From: Candidatus Acidiferrales bacterium
GTDB lineage: Bacteria; Acidobacteriota; Terriglobia; Acidiferrales; UBA7541
Reading direction: 5' to 3'
DNA: 24,000 nucleotides
Assembly (NCBI GenBank): GCA_035933995.1
Contig: DASYYI010000387.1
Span: forward strand, 2,962 to 26,961
Shown here: positions 23,813-24,000 of the stretch, piece after piece
Layout of the letters: each line of letters starts with the position of its first letter
Numbering within the stretch: the first letter of the stretch is position 1
Notes under the pieces: generated by a model
Told to the model about the DNA's origin: nothing
What the model saw: the letters and a program-made list of their open reading frames with translations, nothing else
Database searches by the model: none
Position numbers and translations under genes: made by a program

Positions 23813-24000
23813 ATGTCTTACCTTAACTCAGTAACGATAATCGGATTTGTTGGAGCAGACCCGGAGCAGCGCCAAGCGCGGAGCAACAACGGCTCGAAGT
23901 TCACCGTTCTTTCGGTCGCCACGCAGCGATCTTGGAAGAACGCGCAGGACGAGTGGTCCTCGAAGACGGAGTGGCACCGCGTTTGCATCTTCCGTCCGCG
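23813..24000 (+). CDS. ssb: single-stranded DNA-binding protein, N-terminal part (runs off the right edge)
   Basis: Hand translation from ATG 23813 (AAAGGAG upstream) gives MSYLNSVTIIGFVGADPEQRQARSNNGSKFTVLSVATQRSWKNAQDEWSSKTEWHRVCIFRP. This is the canonical SSB OB-fold start (N.V.LIG..G.DPE.R...G...FS.AT...WK......TEWH.V..F). Confidence 0.85.
   Translation, partial: MSYLNSVTIIGFVGADPEQRQARSNNGSKFTVLSVATQRSWKNAQDEWSSKTEWHRVCIFRP

Noticed and set aside
1-24000. CRISPR arrays, rRNA genes, tandem repeat arrays
   Set aside because: No regularly spaced direct repeats or rRNA-like conserved stretches were noticed on reading either strand. A computational repeat search would be needed to exclude short arrays.

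Overview
High-GC bacterial window. The gene content suggests Acidobacteriota (a CarboxypepD_reg-type TonB receptor, and a PadR regulator paired with a duplicated MacB/FtsX 'ADOP' permease), but this is inference only. Layout: (1) 1-2.2 kb holds ordinary envelope genes. (2) 2.27-3.2 kb holds junction debris: a 45-nt 3' fragment of tRNA-Arg(UCU) ending in CCA, a second decayed copy about 540 bp away, and two transposase fragments. This looks like an att remnant or integration hotspot. (3) 3.4-14.1 kb is an accessory defence island. It starts with an RHH regulator and two SPPY DNA methyltransferases, convergent with a PLD-family (BfiI/NgoFVII-like) nuclease. Divergent from that nuclease is a paralogous RHH regulator, a catalytically dead and apparently PAZ-less Argonaute (654 aa), and a stand-alone SIR2 (361 aa). 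The island ends with a group II intron (domain V recognisable, RT/maturase frameshifted) and an orphan beta-class DPPY methyltransferase. (4) 14.1-15.8 kb holds small minus-strand genes of unknown function, including a Zn-ribbon membrane protein and an RHH protein. (5) 15.9-17.9 kb is a YtrA-type GntR + ABC operon with an apparently leaderless promoter. (6) 18.3-20.3 kb holds a plasmid/ICE-type small protein and a large ParB-like protein. (7) 20.4-23.4 kb is the PadR + ADOP permease pair. (8) ssb starts at 23.8 kb. No rRNA, complete tRNA or CRISPR array was seen. The best candidate for a novel system is the RHH-pAgo-SIR2 operon. The effector is not fused to an APAZ adaptor, the gene order is Ago then SIR2, and the operon shares a divergent control region with the restriction nuclease. 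All domain calls rest on motifs read by eye; no database search was possible.
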